Assembly: GCA_030141605.1 (NCBI GenBank)
Contig: JAQGDQ010000300.1
Span: forward strand, 186,001-250,000
DNA from: Tubiluchus corallicola
Lineage: Eukaryota; Animalia; Priapulida
Reading direction: 5' to 3'
Length of the DNA: 64,000 nucleotides
Both the position numbers and the translations under genes were made by a program. Of this stretch, positions 1 to 12,369 are shown in pieces. Each line of letters starts with the position of its first letter. Within the stretch, counting starts at the first letter, position 1. The notes under the pieces were generated by a model. That model was not told the origin of the DNA. It saw only the letters and a program-made list of their open reading frames with translations, and made no database searches.

Positions 1-72
1 ACCAGCGTCAGGAGAAAACGACGGAATTTGCCGAATATTATAAGACCTTCTTCGTGATTCGCTAATGTACAG

Positions 73-177
73 TGACGTCGCATTTAATTTCGGAATTAGC
101 CGAGGCTGTGCATTGTGGGACTTTTTAAATAGCCCCAGTGTCTGGTTGGGAGTTTGGACATAGAGGTTTGGGTAAGC
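73..177 (+). promoter_or_regulatory. Candidate promoter / first exon: CRE-like site, ZNF143/Staf-type motif and a 5' splice donor
   Basis: TGACGTC at 73-79. TGCATTGTGGGA at 109-120 (reverse complement TCCCACAATGCA, the Staf/ZNF143 core). TTTAAATA at about 124-131. Donor G|GTAAGC at 172. Locally CpG-rich. No downstream coding exons found. Confidence 0.4.
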
Positions 178-1851
178 ATATCGAAGATTAGAACTGAAAA
201 TTAAATACGCGAAAACCGAAGCTTTAGTTTTTGAGTACTTTTGGGTATTATTCGTAATACGCAAAGTCGTATTCGGTTTGATAAGTTTTCTGTGACTTCT
301 AGAGAACAGAACTGACTCTAATTTGAAAAGACGCATTCAATAAGAAATTATAAAAAATTCCTTATTGTGGGTTTATAATTATATTTTCTTGATCAACCTA
401 TCAGTAAAAATTAAACTTTTGAACAGCATCGTCTGCCACCTTACCTTATATTATACATGTCAAAATCACAATAATAATTTATTAAGCCCAATTTAATTTA
501 GTAGCTTATATAAAGGAACGAATGGCGTCGAACTAGGCCGACATTTTAGAAATACAGTATTCACCGAAAAATCATATGCATGCTAATGTGGCTAAAGCAA
601 CAATACTATCCTTGGAAAGGTACCGATTCATGTTTCAAAACTGAATGATCTAAACCTAAAATAAGATATGTTTAAGTTAAAATTAACAATACTATGATTC
701 ATACATTGATAGCGAAGGAACTATAGCTTTGATCACGCATGCCGGGTACGTGACATTTGGGCACGAAGACAGTGGGCACCAACAAAAATTCATGTTGTAT
801 CTATTTTTCATAATTATTTGTTTCACTATTAATTATTTCATGGTTCACTACCTTCCTAACTGTTACAATATAGTTTCTCTCAACTTAAAGTATGTAAATA
901 ATTTATGAATAAACATATTATACGTAACGTTTTTAAGATCATTTCACTAATTTTATTGTATGGGGTAATATATAATATAACTGCTGAACCAGTCAATTGA
1001 CCATGCCCTTTCTGGTTTTCCACTTTTGGCATTAATGTGGTGTTTATAAAATTAACAAAGCAGAAGAAGACGCTGCAAGCTTAAATTAGCATTTTATCAA
1101 ACATCAAAATATGACAGCAATTTAGTTCAAAAATATTTAGCGCATCACAGAAACTGTAAATAACATAAAACTGTTCATGACAAAAGATCTATTCACAACA
1201 AAATTTAGCGCTAATGCAGCAATTCAACTAATATAGTATCACAGCATTATATTTAATGAGCTCTATAGCCTCAAGTTTTTTAAAAGAAACGGACGTGCAA
1301 TGCGTTATTTAGTTGTTGTTACTAAATCCCAACTCCAAATTAATCAGCTCAATTAATGAGCCAAATGCTAGACGTGTGATTATCAATATCAAAATTTTAA
1401 TAACTATAATTATATAATTGTAGGTTTTTTGCCGAGTTTCTCACCATTAACATGTAAATGTGCATTTAGCAACTCAGCAGTGCTTTTACACGTGCTAGCT
1501 AGGTTATAGTCGTTCTCGGTTTTAATTCACGATTGCACTCTGGAAAATGCATGATTATTTATTTTCTAACAAAAACTTGTGTGTTAAAAGGTACATCACA
1601 ATCAGGCACTGGAAGAGGATTCCCACAATCTTAACCTCCATACTAGGCAGTGAAATTTGTAGAGTTACACAGAAATAATCTATTTTTTGCGTGCGAGTTC
1701 ACAGCGCAACGTGTGCAAGTGGGTCGCGCCCAAATAACCTAACCCATAGCAGTAGTAGTTTTCGCGGCACGCACACAAGCCGCACTGTTAACATACTGTG
1801 ATTTCTGCTAATCAATACTGATAATAAACGCTTTATTTCACAAACATATAG

Positions 1852-2000
1852 ATATAATAATAACCTTTATTTGCCGTTAAAAATCGATATTCATAAGCAT
1901 AAAAGCATATAAGAACATTACAACATGAGAATAAAAATTCACACAACTGTTAAAGGCAAATGCATCAAGTGCAAACTAAAAACTACATAAACACAGGGCT
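1852..2000 (-). mobile_element. 3' UTR fragment of a CR1-group LINE
   Basis: taataacctttatttgccgttaaaa...ggcaaatgcatcaagtgcaaactaaaaactac resembles the 3' end of the LINE remnant at 49230-49730. Confidence 0.5.
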
Positions 2001-2189
2001 CTTTTTTAAGAGTAAATGATAAAAATAAAACAATAATTTATAACAACCACATCAACATGTATATCACAGTGCTAGTGAATTCATTAATACTTAATATCAG
2101 CTTGAGGTGTTGGGATTTCATAAAAAAGTCTCAACTGTACGTGCAAAGATAGAACACTGAATAGACCTACACAAAAAATGAACAATGAA

Positions 2190-3470
2190 TTCGGACAAAA
2201 ATGCATTAGTCAAACCCCCAGACAAGGACCATCACGGTCAAAGGACCACGGGTTAAAGATTCGCCGGAAAAGATAAAGAACCACTAAATAAAAGTTAGCA
2301 GGCCACGCAAGACCCGAATGGTAACCGAAAGACCCTTTGAGATACATTGTGCTTTGTGTTGAGATAATTATGTTATTTGCAATGGTTAAATCGTAAAATT
2401 CTGCATTATTTGCTAATACATTCTACTCATTACGACAAAAATACTATTTTCATACATAGACTAATTCAATCGTGCAGTAAATTGAAAAAATAAGTAAATA
2501 AAAGATTTTAAAAATATGAAAGAAATTAAAGTTTAATTATTTTTTATTTAAAGTGCGCGAATGACTTTAAGTTTAATTTTATTACTTTTAACAAAACAGT
2601 CTAGAAATTATTTACAGATGTAGTATTGACAATGATTACTGAGTAATGGCATTTCTTGCTATAATGCCTGACTACACTAGACATTTAACTGGAAAATATA
2701 ATTATACTCATTCAAAAAAGTACATGTTTTTATGATTTGGAGCCGAGGAGGTCGGGTGATTCAAGCTGCCAACATTCACTTTTGATATCACTAATGGCAA
2801 CTGATTTCGGTGAGCAAGAGTAGAATAAGGAAATTGGTAGCACCCAGCAAAGTTTGTTTTTATAAAAATGGCACACTTTCATGAAGTTTTGAGTGCAATG
2901 CAGCGGCTGCAATGATCGCAATGATCGACCTGCCACTGGTAGACACTAATTAAGATCAGATAGAGGGAGTAACACGTTTCTTGCCTCCCTAGCAAATCAT
3001 TAAAATATTTCCCAATGACGACAAATCACTTGTGACTGTTTTCTTTTTAGAATTGCGAAACGCGCGCTGCTGTATAATTATTAACCATGTAATTAGTCAC
3101 GTGTAGTATTTCGAATAAATATCAAACCTATGAAAAGCCAGAGACGACAATTATGTGAACACAATATATTTCAAAACGATGTTTTCATATTAAAGCTACC
3201 TACTTTTTAATGTGCGAAATAAATTTTAAATAAAAATCAAATAAAAAGTATAATACATTTCTCAATCATTATTATCACTAAAATTATCGGTCAGACTGAT
3301 GATACATTAACTTTCAGTAACATTTGCAATTTCACTCAAGATGATTTCAGCACAACCATTGGCGATCCTTTGACCAGTGGCCCTCTGTCCATCTCCCTGA
3401 CAGATGGTCCTTTATCTGGTGGTTATTTGAGTTGTGGTTCTTTGTCCGATGGTCCGTTGACCGCCTACCT
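2190..3470. mobile_element. Degenerate non-autonomous DNA transposon with ~15-bp subterminal repeats
   Basis: 2190-2290 (GGACAA..GACCA/GGTCAAAGGACCAC units) is an imperfect inverted copy of 3360-3470. Confidence 0.45.
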
Positions 3471-3962
3471 GTGAAAAGTTGCGCCCACAAATCGTTCCAA
3501 AAAGCTTGTTGCATACAAGTAGATAATTACTACTAACAACTATTATATTCCACCCCATGTTGTGACCTGCATGTTTTAAAAAACTTTTCCCAAACTATTA
3601 TTTTTCGGTCATGACGGCCATTTTGTTCTATAAGGTTAGTAAACAGCTTTTCATCACTTGGCTGCCCTGTCCACTGTAAATAAACAGTAATTTTTGCGTT
3701 ATTTGCATGTAACTTTATAGAGCTGTCTATTTCGCCGTGTTGTTAGTTTGGTTCTCGTTAATGTCATAAATTTTTTGCCTGTTTATATTTTGTGACGTAA
3801 CAATAGAGTTTCCTATTCATTCTAACTTTTACGATAACACGGATTCTATAGCGACGATATGTAGTGGTCTAATTCACGACGGAACAAATTTTGTGACAAC
3901 AATTTAATGACATTTCAACTGACATATTTGTGGCAGCTAGGAAGAAAAAACTCAATAAGTGA

Positions 3963-4213
3963 ATAATCCAATGCTTCACATTCCGAACTAGTTTAAAATT
4001 AAGTTTTTACACTTTCACACCAAAACCATGTCAAATATGCCAAGCTCCACATCTACCTACACACGGATTTAAACTTCCAAAAATCGCATAATCCAGTGCT
4101 TCACATTCCGGACTAGTTTAAAATTAAGTTTTCACACTTTCACACCAAAACCATGTCAAATATGCCAAGCTTCATATCTACCTACACGTTGACTAAAACT
4201 TCCAAAAATCGCA
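3963..4213 (+). repeat. Two-copy tandem duplication, 125-bp unit
   Basis: ataatccaatgcttcacattccg...cttccaaaaatcgca starts at 3963 and again at 4088 with few substitutions. Confidence 0.9.
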
Positions 4214-7200
4214 AAGCAGCGCTGGATAACTTCATAAATGCAGAAATGCGCGCTAGAATCGTTTTTTATGTAATGCGTCAATATACGATAAATTTGTACG
4301 CAAAATTATGACGAACGGAAGAGCACATGCAGTTGGTATGAATTGAAGACGTCAGTACGTTTAATCGCAAGTTTTTTACTTGTTTATTCTTATCTAATTA
4401 GGTTTTATAAAAGTCATTTGGTTGCTGTCCGATATTCGTAAGATTTAGCTAAATAAAATTGAACAAACTAAATTAAACAACGAATAAAATCATTGAGAAG
4501 GCTATGAGCTTCAGAATGGCACCAATAATGATCCGGCTGTGCATAAAAACCAGGAGAAAATCCCGGTTAAACAAATGAAAAGCAAACTCAGCACATGCGT
4601 CGATCCGAACCACTGACCTGAACCGTTTCTTAACTCTATGCAAAAGATGATATTTAAATCGTTAAGGGGCGCAAATGTGATTTATTTTTGACTGCCCCCT
4701 ATCCCATGCATCCACTTTTTATGTTTGTGTATTTACAGATAAAGTTTTATTTTTTATCTTTTTTATCTCTCGTAACACACGAAAAATCAAGTACATAGCA
4801 AAATGAGTTATTGGTAGTTAGAGAAAGGGTGGCGAAAAAACCCTAGAGGTTAGAAAATCAGCCACCCTTTTAGTTAAAGTTATTGCAAGAAAATCTAGCG
4901 ACTATTAAAGCTGAAATGAAACAAAAAAATCCTGTCAAACTGAAAAAAATACAATAATGAAGAAATGACAACAAAAAATGAATCAAACTAGTTTTAAATG
5001 GCAAAGCAATATGCAAAAGTAAAAGAAAAAAGCAAAACAGATAGAGAAACAAAATCAGAAGTAAATAAGCATTTAAAGTCACAATAAATAATAACGGATA
5101 TAAAAATAAGCATACAATGAGAAAATCAAACTGAAATAACACTACAAAATCGCACTATAAACAAATGAAACAGATTGGTTTGTGCGTGGTATTATAATAT
5201 CTGGCAAAAACAGAAGCACCAAGCGACAGATAAGTATAGAAAGCAAGAACTTGCAAACTAGAAGCACAAACTGCTAAAAATAATTTGTGTATAAAATTAC
5301 ATGTTCATGATTCTTTATTTTTAAATTTCAGCAACCACCAGTCAGTACCTTGTTGTAAAAACGAGCTTTTGCTCAATTAAGTTTTCCTGAAAAGTATCAT
5401 CTCTCATCTTTATCTTATCGCATTGTGATATACAGTATAGTAAGCGTCTGTACGAAGCCATTGAATATTAGCATTGTATACAAGGTATGAGATTGCTGAT
5501 ATGAAATACGGCCTCGTCGATTCTCTGGGTAGACGGACAGGTGTCTATACCATCTCAGCACCTGTTCCGTAATCGTAACCAGCATAGAGAAGTTGTCACT
5601 CAAGGTAGATGTATAACAAAACTAGAGGAAGCTGTCCGGTAGCTCTAACTGCAAAGTTCTACAAGAGGACAGTCAGGCAATATGCATGAAATTTTCAGGT
5701 TATGATATACAAAATATCTCTGAACAATTTATATTGTTAATAAATATATTTATATAATTTTAGAAGATGTAATTGTAATTACTTACACTGATCAACATGT
5801 CTATCTAGGAGGCCACTATATCCAGCGAGCCAATAAAATATCAAATTGAACAGAAAATAGTGGTATGAATGACATACGTAAATGTACTACTTTCGTTTAT
5901 CAGAATAATGATCCTCTGTATTATGTGAAGAAGCTGGTGCTAGAGAGTGCCGTAAACAGTATTTAATATATTAAATAATGTATAAAGTGTATAATTTCAA
6001 TATACAATTCAAGTATAATTATGATATACATGAAACTTTCAGGTATATCATTCACCTACATCTGTACGTCAACAGCATAATTATTTTAAAAAGAGTTAAG
6101 CAAAATTTATATCAGAAAACGACACAAGGATTGTTCTAAATGTATATTAGGATGCAGAGTTTTTGAAGTTGAATTCCTAGGAGGTCTTAAGTCAAAGAAT
6201 GGAAAAGAGCATTTTACATTTATTCTCTTGCGCCTCCACTACATCTAACTGTTTATCCAATATCCACTCTCAAATCCAAATTTCTCTGTAAACATTTTAC
6301 TCCATGTTTACGCCGATTAATAACTTTAATAAATTTCAACATAATTATATATCTTTGCTTTTAGCTTTTTGAATTTAATTTTAGCTGTTTGTTATTTCAT
6401 GTTGCATTGTGTTTTTGAAAAAGCTTTAGTGGAAAAATACAACAAAAATCTGTCACATAATAGTACCTAATTATTGAATTACATGACAATTATTTACCAT
6501 GTCATTAAATTTTATTTACATGTACAAATAAGTTATAGGTATCAAACACAATTACAAAGTTTGCCGATTCAGTTGAATGTACAATGATATAAAATGAGTA
6601 TTCATCAAAGGTGGGTGTGAAAAAGAGCACAAAACATCAATTATTTCGCTGCGACAAAAAAATTAATAAAATTATTTTGCACTGGCCCTGGCATTATATA
6701 GTCAGCAGCGATCACTACAAATCTATTAGAATGTTCATAAAACTTTAACTACAGTCATATCTTTGCATGATTAGAAAATGAGTCGGAGAGTAAACTTCCA
6801 CCATGTATGACGACTATGACTGCAAACCATTGACACTAAAATGCATTTCTTAACTTTTATTAATTAATACTGATTTGAGTTGATTAGACTTGATGCAGTT
6901 CGAACCACGCCAAAATAATTAATACACTGCAGTTTATTCTAGAACAATTTAATCTACAATAAAAAATTTTATTCCAGAATTATACAACAATATGAAAGTT
7001 CTTTATAACATCTGGAAGCCACTGTAGATACAAGGCATATATTGAAATTAACATTAAATAAAATCTGGCCATTTTGAGTTAAAATCAGACCAATAATTCA
7101 TTAGAACTCGAATTGTTATAAAATCAAAACGTTTAACAGTGAAATTTGAATATCCTTAATTTTCGAAAAGTTTTTACAGGAAAATAAATCACAGCGTCAT

Positions 7201-7320
7201 CACTCAGTAGCTATTTAACGACGACGCAGTATCGATGTATCATTGTGATGCGATCATTGATTAAATGCTGCTTAAAGAAATAGTTTTCATACCGAGGTGA
7301 CAAAACACCTGCACGGATCG

Positions 7321-7704
7321 GCAATAAGCCTTTTCATAGTTTCGTTGTGCGCACGTGCAGTTGCTGTAGGTCAAAGGTTAAGTGTACCACAGCAACGCGT
7401 CTTAACTATAACCGTCACGTGACATGTGGGTAACTCAAAGCTTTAGTTCAGTAAATTCAGTTGTTCTACATGGACTTTGATTATGATTTAGTCTGTGTGT
7501 AAAGTGATTTATTAGCAGGATCTTGCTTGAAAACTAGAAAAAATGAACTAGGTAAGGTTCTAGCTAGCTGTTAAAACTGTTACTATTACAATAGCATGGG
7601 CTGCGAAGCGTTGTCAAGTGTACACAAATGCAATGTCTGGTACACTTAAGTTTTGACCTTTTAACGATCAAGATCAATCATCGAACTGTGAAAAGCCTTA
7701 TTGC
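7321..7704. mobile_element. MITE, possibly PIF/Harbinger-ISL2EU-like
   Basis: TIRs GCAATAAGCCTTTTCATAGTTTCG and CGAACTGTGAAAAGCCTTATTGC. Inner inverted pair AGGTCAAAGGTTAAGTGTACCA / TGGTACACTTAAGTTTTGACCT. Confidence 0.75.
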
Positions 7705-7805
7705 ATAGATCTTCGTCAACATAACTATATAACAAAAAGAACAGAAGAATGCACCTACGAAAATTGACACATCGACTACTTTTTTAAATCCATTGAAAAA
7801 TCTCA

Positions 7806-7811
7806 TTTATT
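7806..7811 (-). terminator. Candidate polyadenylation signal of OAF
   Basis: AATAAA on the minus strand about 345 nt after the OAF stop. Confidence 0.4.
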
Positions 7812-8154
7812 ATGAAGGGATTCAATAATCACAATATAATGGGTTTGCTTCTAATAAATAATTATTATGTTACACATTATTCTACTTAAAAAAATCTCCT
7901 CTTTAACTGAAATTTTGATTACCAACATAATGTATAATGTGATATTCAATTTGATGCTAGCGGCACTTAGTATTAATTTTAGCTGCAACCCTACACTACT
8001 AATCCATTCTACACTTTTACTAATATTTCATGAAATGGACTTCACACTATGCTATTTTTTCAGGCCGACATTTCCACCCTATACTGTTGTTCCACTCGAA
8101 CATTATTTGGAACATGATTTATAAATTACAACCAGTTGTTAAACGTCACTCTTT

Positions 8155-8438
8155 CTATTCATCCCAAAGGCAGTCCAGTTTCCGCCGGACGTGGTACAGC
8201 ATCGTGTAGCACTTTTTGCACGTCTTAATACCACAGCGATACATGACTATCTTTTGGGATGAGTCTTTCCCACGGCAATATTTTAGACCACATGGGTACC
8301 AGCCGATGCATATATCATACAAACACTGACATGGCTGGTGCAACAAGTTTGTTTGCGCTTTGCACCTGAGATTTTTCTTGGAAGATTGACATCTTCTGGT
8401 GGCAGTGAGGAGAGAGTTCATGTCTTTCCCACTACCTG
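8155..8438 (-). CDS. OAF: OAF terminal coding exon (Cys-rich C-terminal region)
   Basis: Tandem acceptor TAGCAG, so the exon starts at 8438 or 8435. TAG stop at 8155-8157. Confidence 0.92.
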
Positions 8439-11400
8439 CTATAAAAAGAAAAAATATAAACAGAAAGAAAAAGATAAAACCAAAAAAGGAATTTGCAAGA
8501 AGTTGCATAACATACAAAAACGGCTTTGTTTGCCAACATGATGAAATATTAATAAAAATATAGAACACTATAGTAGTATAAGGGTTGAAACTAATACTCA
8601 ATACTGCTAGTATCAAATTGATTCTGTACATTACACAATATGTTAGGGATCACAGTTTAAGGCAAAAACCAAATTTTTAAAAAATGCATTTAACTGTATA
8701 TTCAAATAGAAGAGGCTACCAGTTCATTCTACCAAAAGTGAGAACAAATAGACATAAAAATAGCTTTATACCATCAGTTGCTGCTCTGTTTAACATAAGA
8801 CACTTCCACACATTATAAGGTTTTGATTAATTTTACATGTATAGTGTTTTTAGGTTAAGAATGTATAATACGTACTGTTTTTATGGGTTATGCTTAAAGT
8901 AAAACTGGACCCAATCTTAAACTGTAGGTCAAAACAATCTACAAATATTGAAAGGAAACACTATTTTTTCAAAAAGGACTTACTTGAATAGAATTGTTAC
9001 CACACAAACACAATTTCGCGCTCGTGCCACTAGTTCCTCGCTGTTACATGCATTTCGCCATTCGCTGGTTAGATGGGCACTAGTGCCTACATTTCGGAAA
9101 CGTGTTGCACAAAAACAGGAGCTGTACCTCTCAGTTCAGATGTGTTATTTTGTCACGAACTGCACATGTTCGACACCTCATGCGTGAGCACAGCGGTAAA
9201 TTTGAAATTTGAGTTTTAATCTTAAAACTTGACTAGTTTTATTACAACACACTGAATATCTTACAGTAGCACTGTATTTCAATTTTCCCTTTCTGAAACA
9301 TGTGCAACATGCTTGTGGAACATTTTTGCTATTAAAAATTACATAAGTTTGTGATGCCATCAATAGTTAAGTTTTTAATCTATTATTTAATTATCAGAAA
9401 CACTTTTGCAGTATTAATTGTGTTATACTTTTTATCGGTCTTGAAAACAGGTTTTTTGGCTATAAATGTCCTTAAGTGCCTGTAATAAAAAACTGAATTG
9501 AATGTATAAACTTTCCCTAACCTTTAGAAAGAAATTTTAAGTCAGATTCACTAGTAAATGTCATCTCTTCGGCACCTTTACATTGCTGACGGATGTGTGG
9601 ACTGATTACAGACGATTTTGCCACATCTAAACATACATCAAGTTCATGTTCTTCGTGTCCCTTTTCTTCCTCAGGATTACGAATGGTTCCTGGATTTTTC
9701 TATAATAGTTAACAAACTTAAAACACCCATATCGTAAAAAAGAAAAAAAGATGAGAAATATCAACGTATCTTTCTGTTTTTCACAACCAAATTTGTAGCT
9801 TCATATAAAATCTTTGCTTAAGTTAGAAGTTGGATAATTACACATTTGGACAAAAAAGTGATCATAAAACTTTAAATTATTTTGTAAATCACGCAAGTCG
9901 TCACGACTTTGACAGTTGACAAAATGAGCAGTCACGTATCCCAACATTTTGAAACATTTTTGCGTGATCTCAACAGCTACTGCCTAGAAAACAAGTAGTT
10001 TCTAGAGTTTCACACCACAGAGATGTCACAAAAAAGAGGTTGGTTTTGAAATCTGACACTCTTTCAAATTCCACGTTTTTAGCAAAGCTCTTCTACAAAA
10101 ATATCTCAGGCCACCCATTACACAGTGAGAGAGAGACATGAGAGGACTGCAATCAGTCCATTTTGAGCAAACTGATTAAAATGCTTTTAGAAAAACTTGA
10201 CGAAAAATTATAACAAAATCATTTAGAAGTTGCACACTTCACGCTACGCAAAAACATAACTGCAAAGAACAAAATTAGGAAAAACTTTTGTCAACTTTCT
10301 TTTAACTGAAAACAGCTGAAAACATGCATGATCACTTTATTTTCTGGTTTCTCACCCAAACTATAATACTTAGAGCATTGAAAAAAGTGCAGCTACCAAA
10401 TATGCACATCTGTTTACATAGACATAGACATAGAACATTTATTTTCTCCATTTGTTTGACATGACAAGCTTTTTTAAATATTACTTAATTATAGTAGTGG
10501 AGCAGGGCAGGGAAGGACCATAGGGTCATCTAGTCTCCTGCATTGTCTTATAATTAAATTAGTATATTAAAAGTAAATGGTGAGACTGCGGATAACAAAA
10601 TCAAATAAGAAAAAAATGATAATAATAAACAGTATAAATGAAAACAAAGTATAAATGAAAACAGTATAAGTGAAAACAAAAAAATAATAAAGTTAGATGA
10701 CACCTAAATCTAAACAAAACAATACAATTAATACAAGTAATTATGATTATTATATATATTTTCAAATAGGGGTCTTATTGACAGGGGATTTTGACTGTAT
10801 GGAGAGATAAAATAAGTATCAAAAAAGTGTAATATAGAAAATTTAAGAGAAAAAGTAAGTATAAGAAAGAGCAACAATTACTTAGGAGATGAGAAAAAAA
10901 ACACTTGATAGCTTGCTTATTAGTCTTACAAGTTATGTATTACAGGTATATTCATTTAGTAAGAATTTTGTGTATTTTTTGGAAGCAGAAAATAAGCTAC
11001 CTCCAAAGGTATCTTTTGGCAGCGAGTTCCATAATTTAACTCCTCGTGATTTTAAGCTATTGAAACCATGTCGGGTAAAAAATCTCTCCACAAAATACTG
11101 TTCATTAGAAGCAGCTCTTGTGGAGTAGGAATGTATATCAGAAACATTAGTGAAATATTCACTAAAAAGTTCGGGTAATAAACCAGCATTGAATTTATAC
11201 ATAAATTTGAACAACTCAAGATTGTAAATATCTTTTACTTTTAAAATTTCTAATTTTACGAACGATGGTGTAGCATGATCATATTTGCGAGCAAAAGTTA
11301 TTAGTTTTACTATTGTGTTTTGTTGTGTCTGTATTAATTTTTGAATTGATGCAAAAGCCGTACCCCATGTTAAGATGGAATATTGTAAATAAGGGAAAAC

Positions 11401-12333
11401 TAACGAATTATATAGAAGTTTCAGAATATATTGGTCAACGTAGTGCCTTACTTTTAAAATTATTCCAGTAATTCGACTTAATTTGTGTGTTATGTGTTTT
11501 ATATGTGGTTCCCATGTTAATTTATTATCAATGAGTAGGCCCAAGTATTTGATGTTGTCTGTTTCTTCAATTTTGTGTTTGTTTATTATAATATGAAATT
11601 TTGGATTATTAGCATTGTTAATTTGCTTATTGTTGATTATCATAAATTTGGTTTTTTTGTAGTTAATTGATAGCTGGTTTGCCCTCATCCACAGGTCTAT
11701 TTTTTTCATTTCGTCATTAACAGATTTTTGCAGATTATTTATATTGGAGTCAGACATGAACAAATTAGTGTCATCAGCAAATATTCGGGTTCGAAAGTTG
11801 CTGCATGTGGAAAGATCGTTAATATAAATTAAGAATAGAAGAGGTCCTAAATTAGAGCCTTGTGGCACTCCACACGATATGTGTTTATAGTCTGATGATA
11901 CATTGTTAATAGATATGAATTGTTTTCTGTTAGTTAGATATGACTGAATTAGTTGCAAAGGTAATTTTACAGTTTACAGTTCATTTTTTAATTAAAAATA
12001 ATAATACAAATGATGCACAAATAAAATTATGGCACACTAGTAATCTTAGTGCTCTATTAATTCGGAAATTTAAGCTTAATAATTTAAATATAAATGTACA
12101 GAACACCCTGTAAACTGTGGTTTTCCAACCTTGGGGCCTCAAATAAGGTTGCAAAGTAAATTTTGTGGGGTCAGAAGCATTTGCTAGCTCTGTAAAAAAA
12201 TTTGTACAATTTCAGTAAATGCCTGTGCTAAAAGGATAAGCTGCAAACAATCACCTTTCTCTGCCATTGTATATATGAGGTATATATATGCACTTCATAT
12301 TGTATACATACATATACATACACACACCCAACC

Positions 12334-12369
<36 letters not shown>

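Noticed and set aside
1237-1262. TATCACAGC...ATGAGC resembling miR-2 family mature sequence (also TATCACAGT near 2062)
   Set aside because: The upstream arm pairs poorly and there is no pre-miRNA hairpin.
4824-4870. Hairpin AAAGGGTGGC...GCCACCCTTT as a terminator
   Set aside because: Eukaryotic context; an isolated 10-bp stem with no other support.
8140-8157. Stop-codon readthrough of OAF, as described for Drosophila oaf
   Set aside because: The TAG is followed by AAA GAG TGA, so there is no extended downstream frame.
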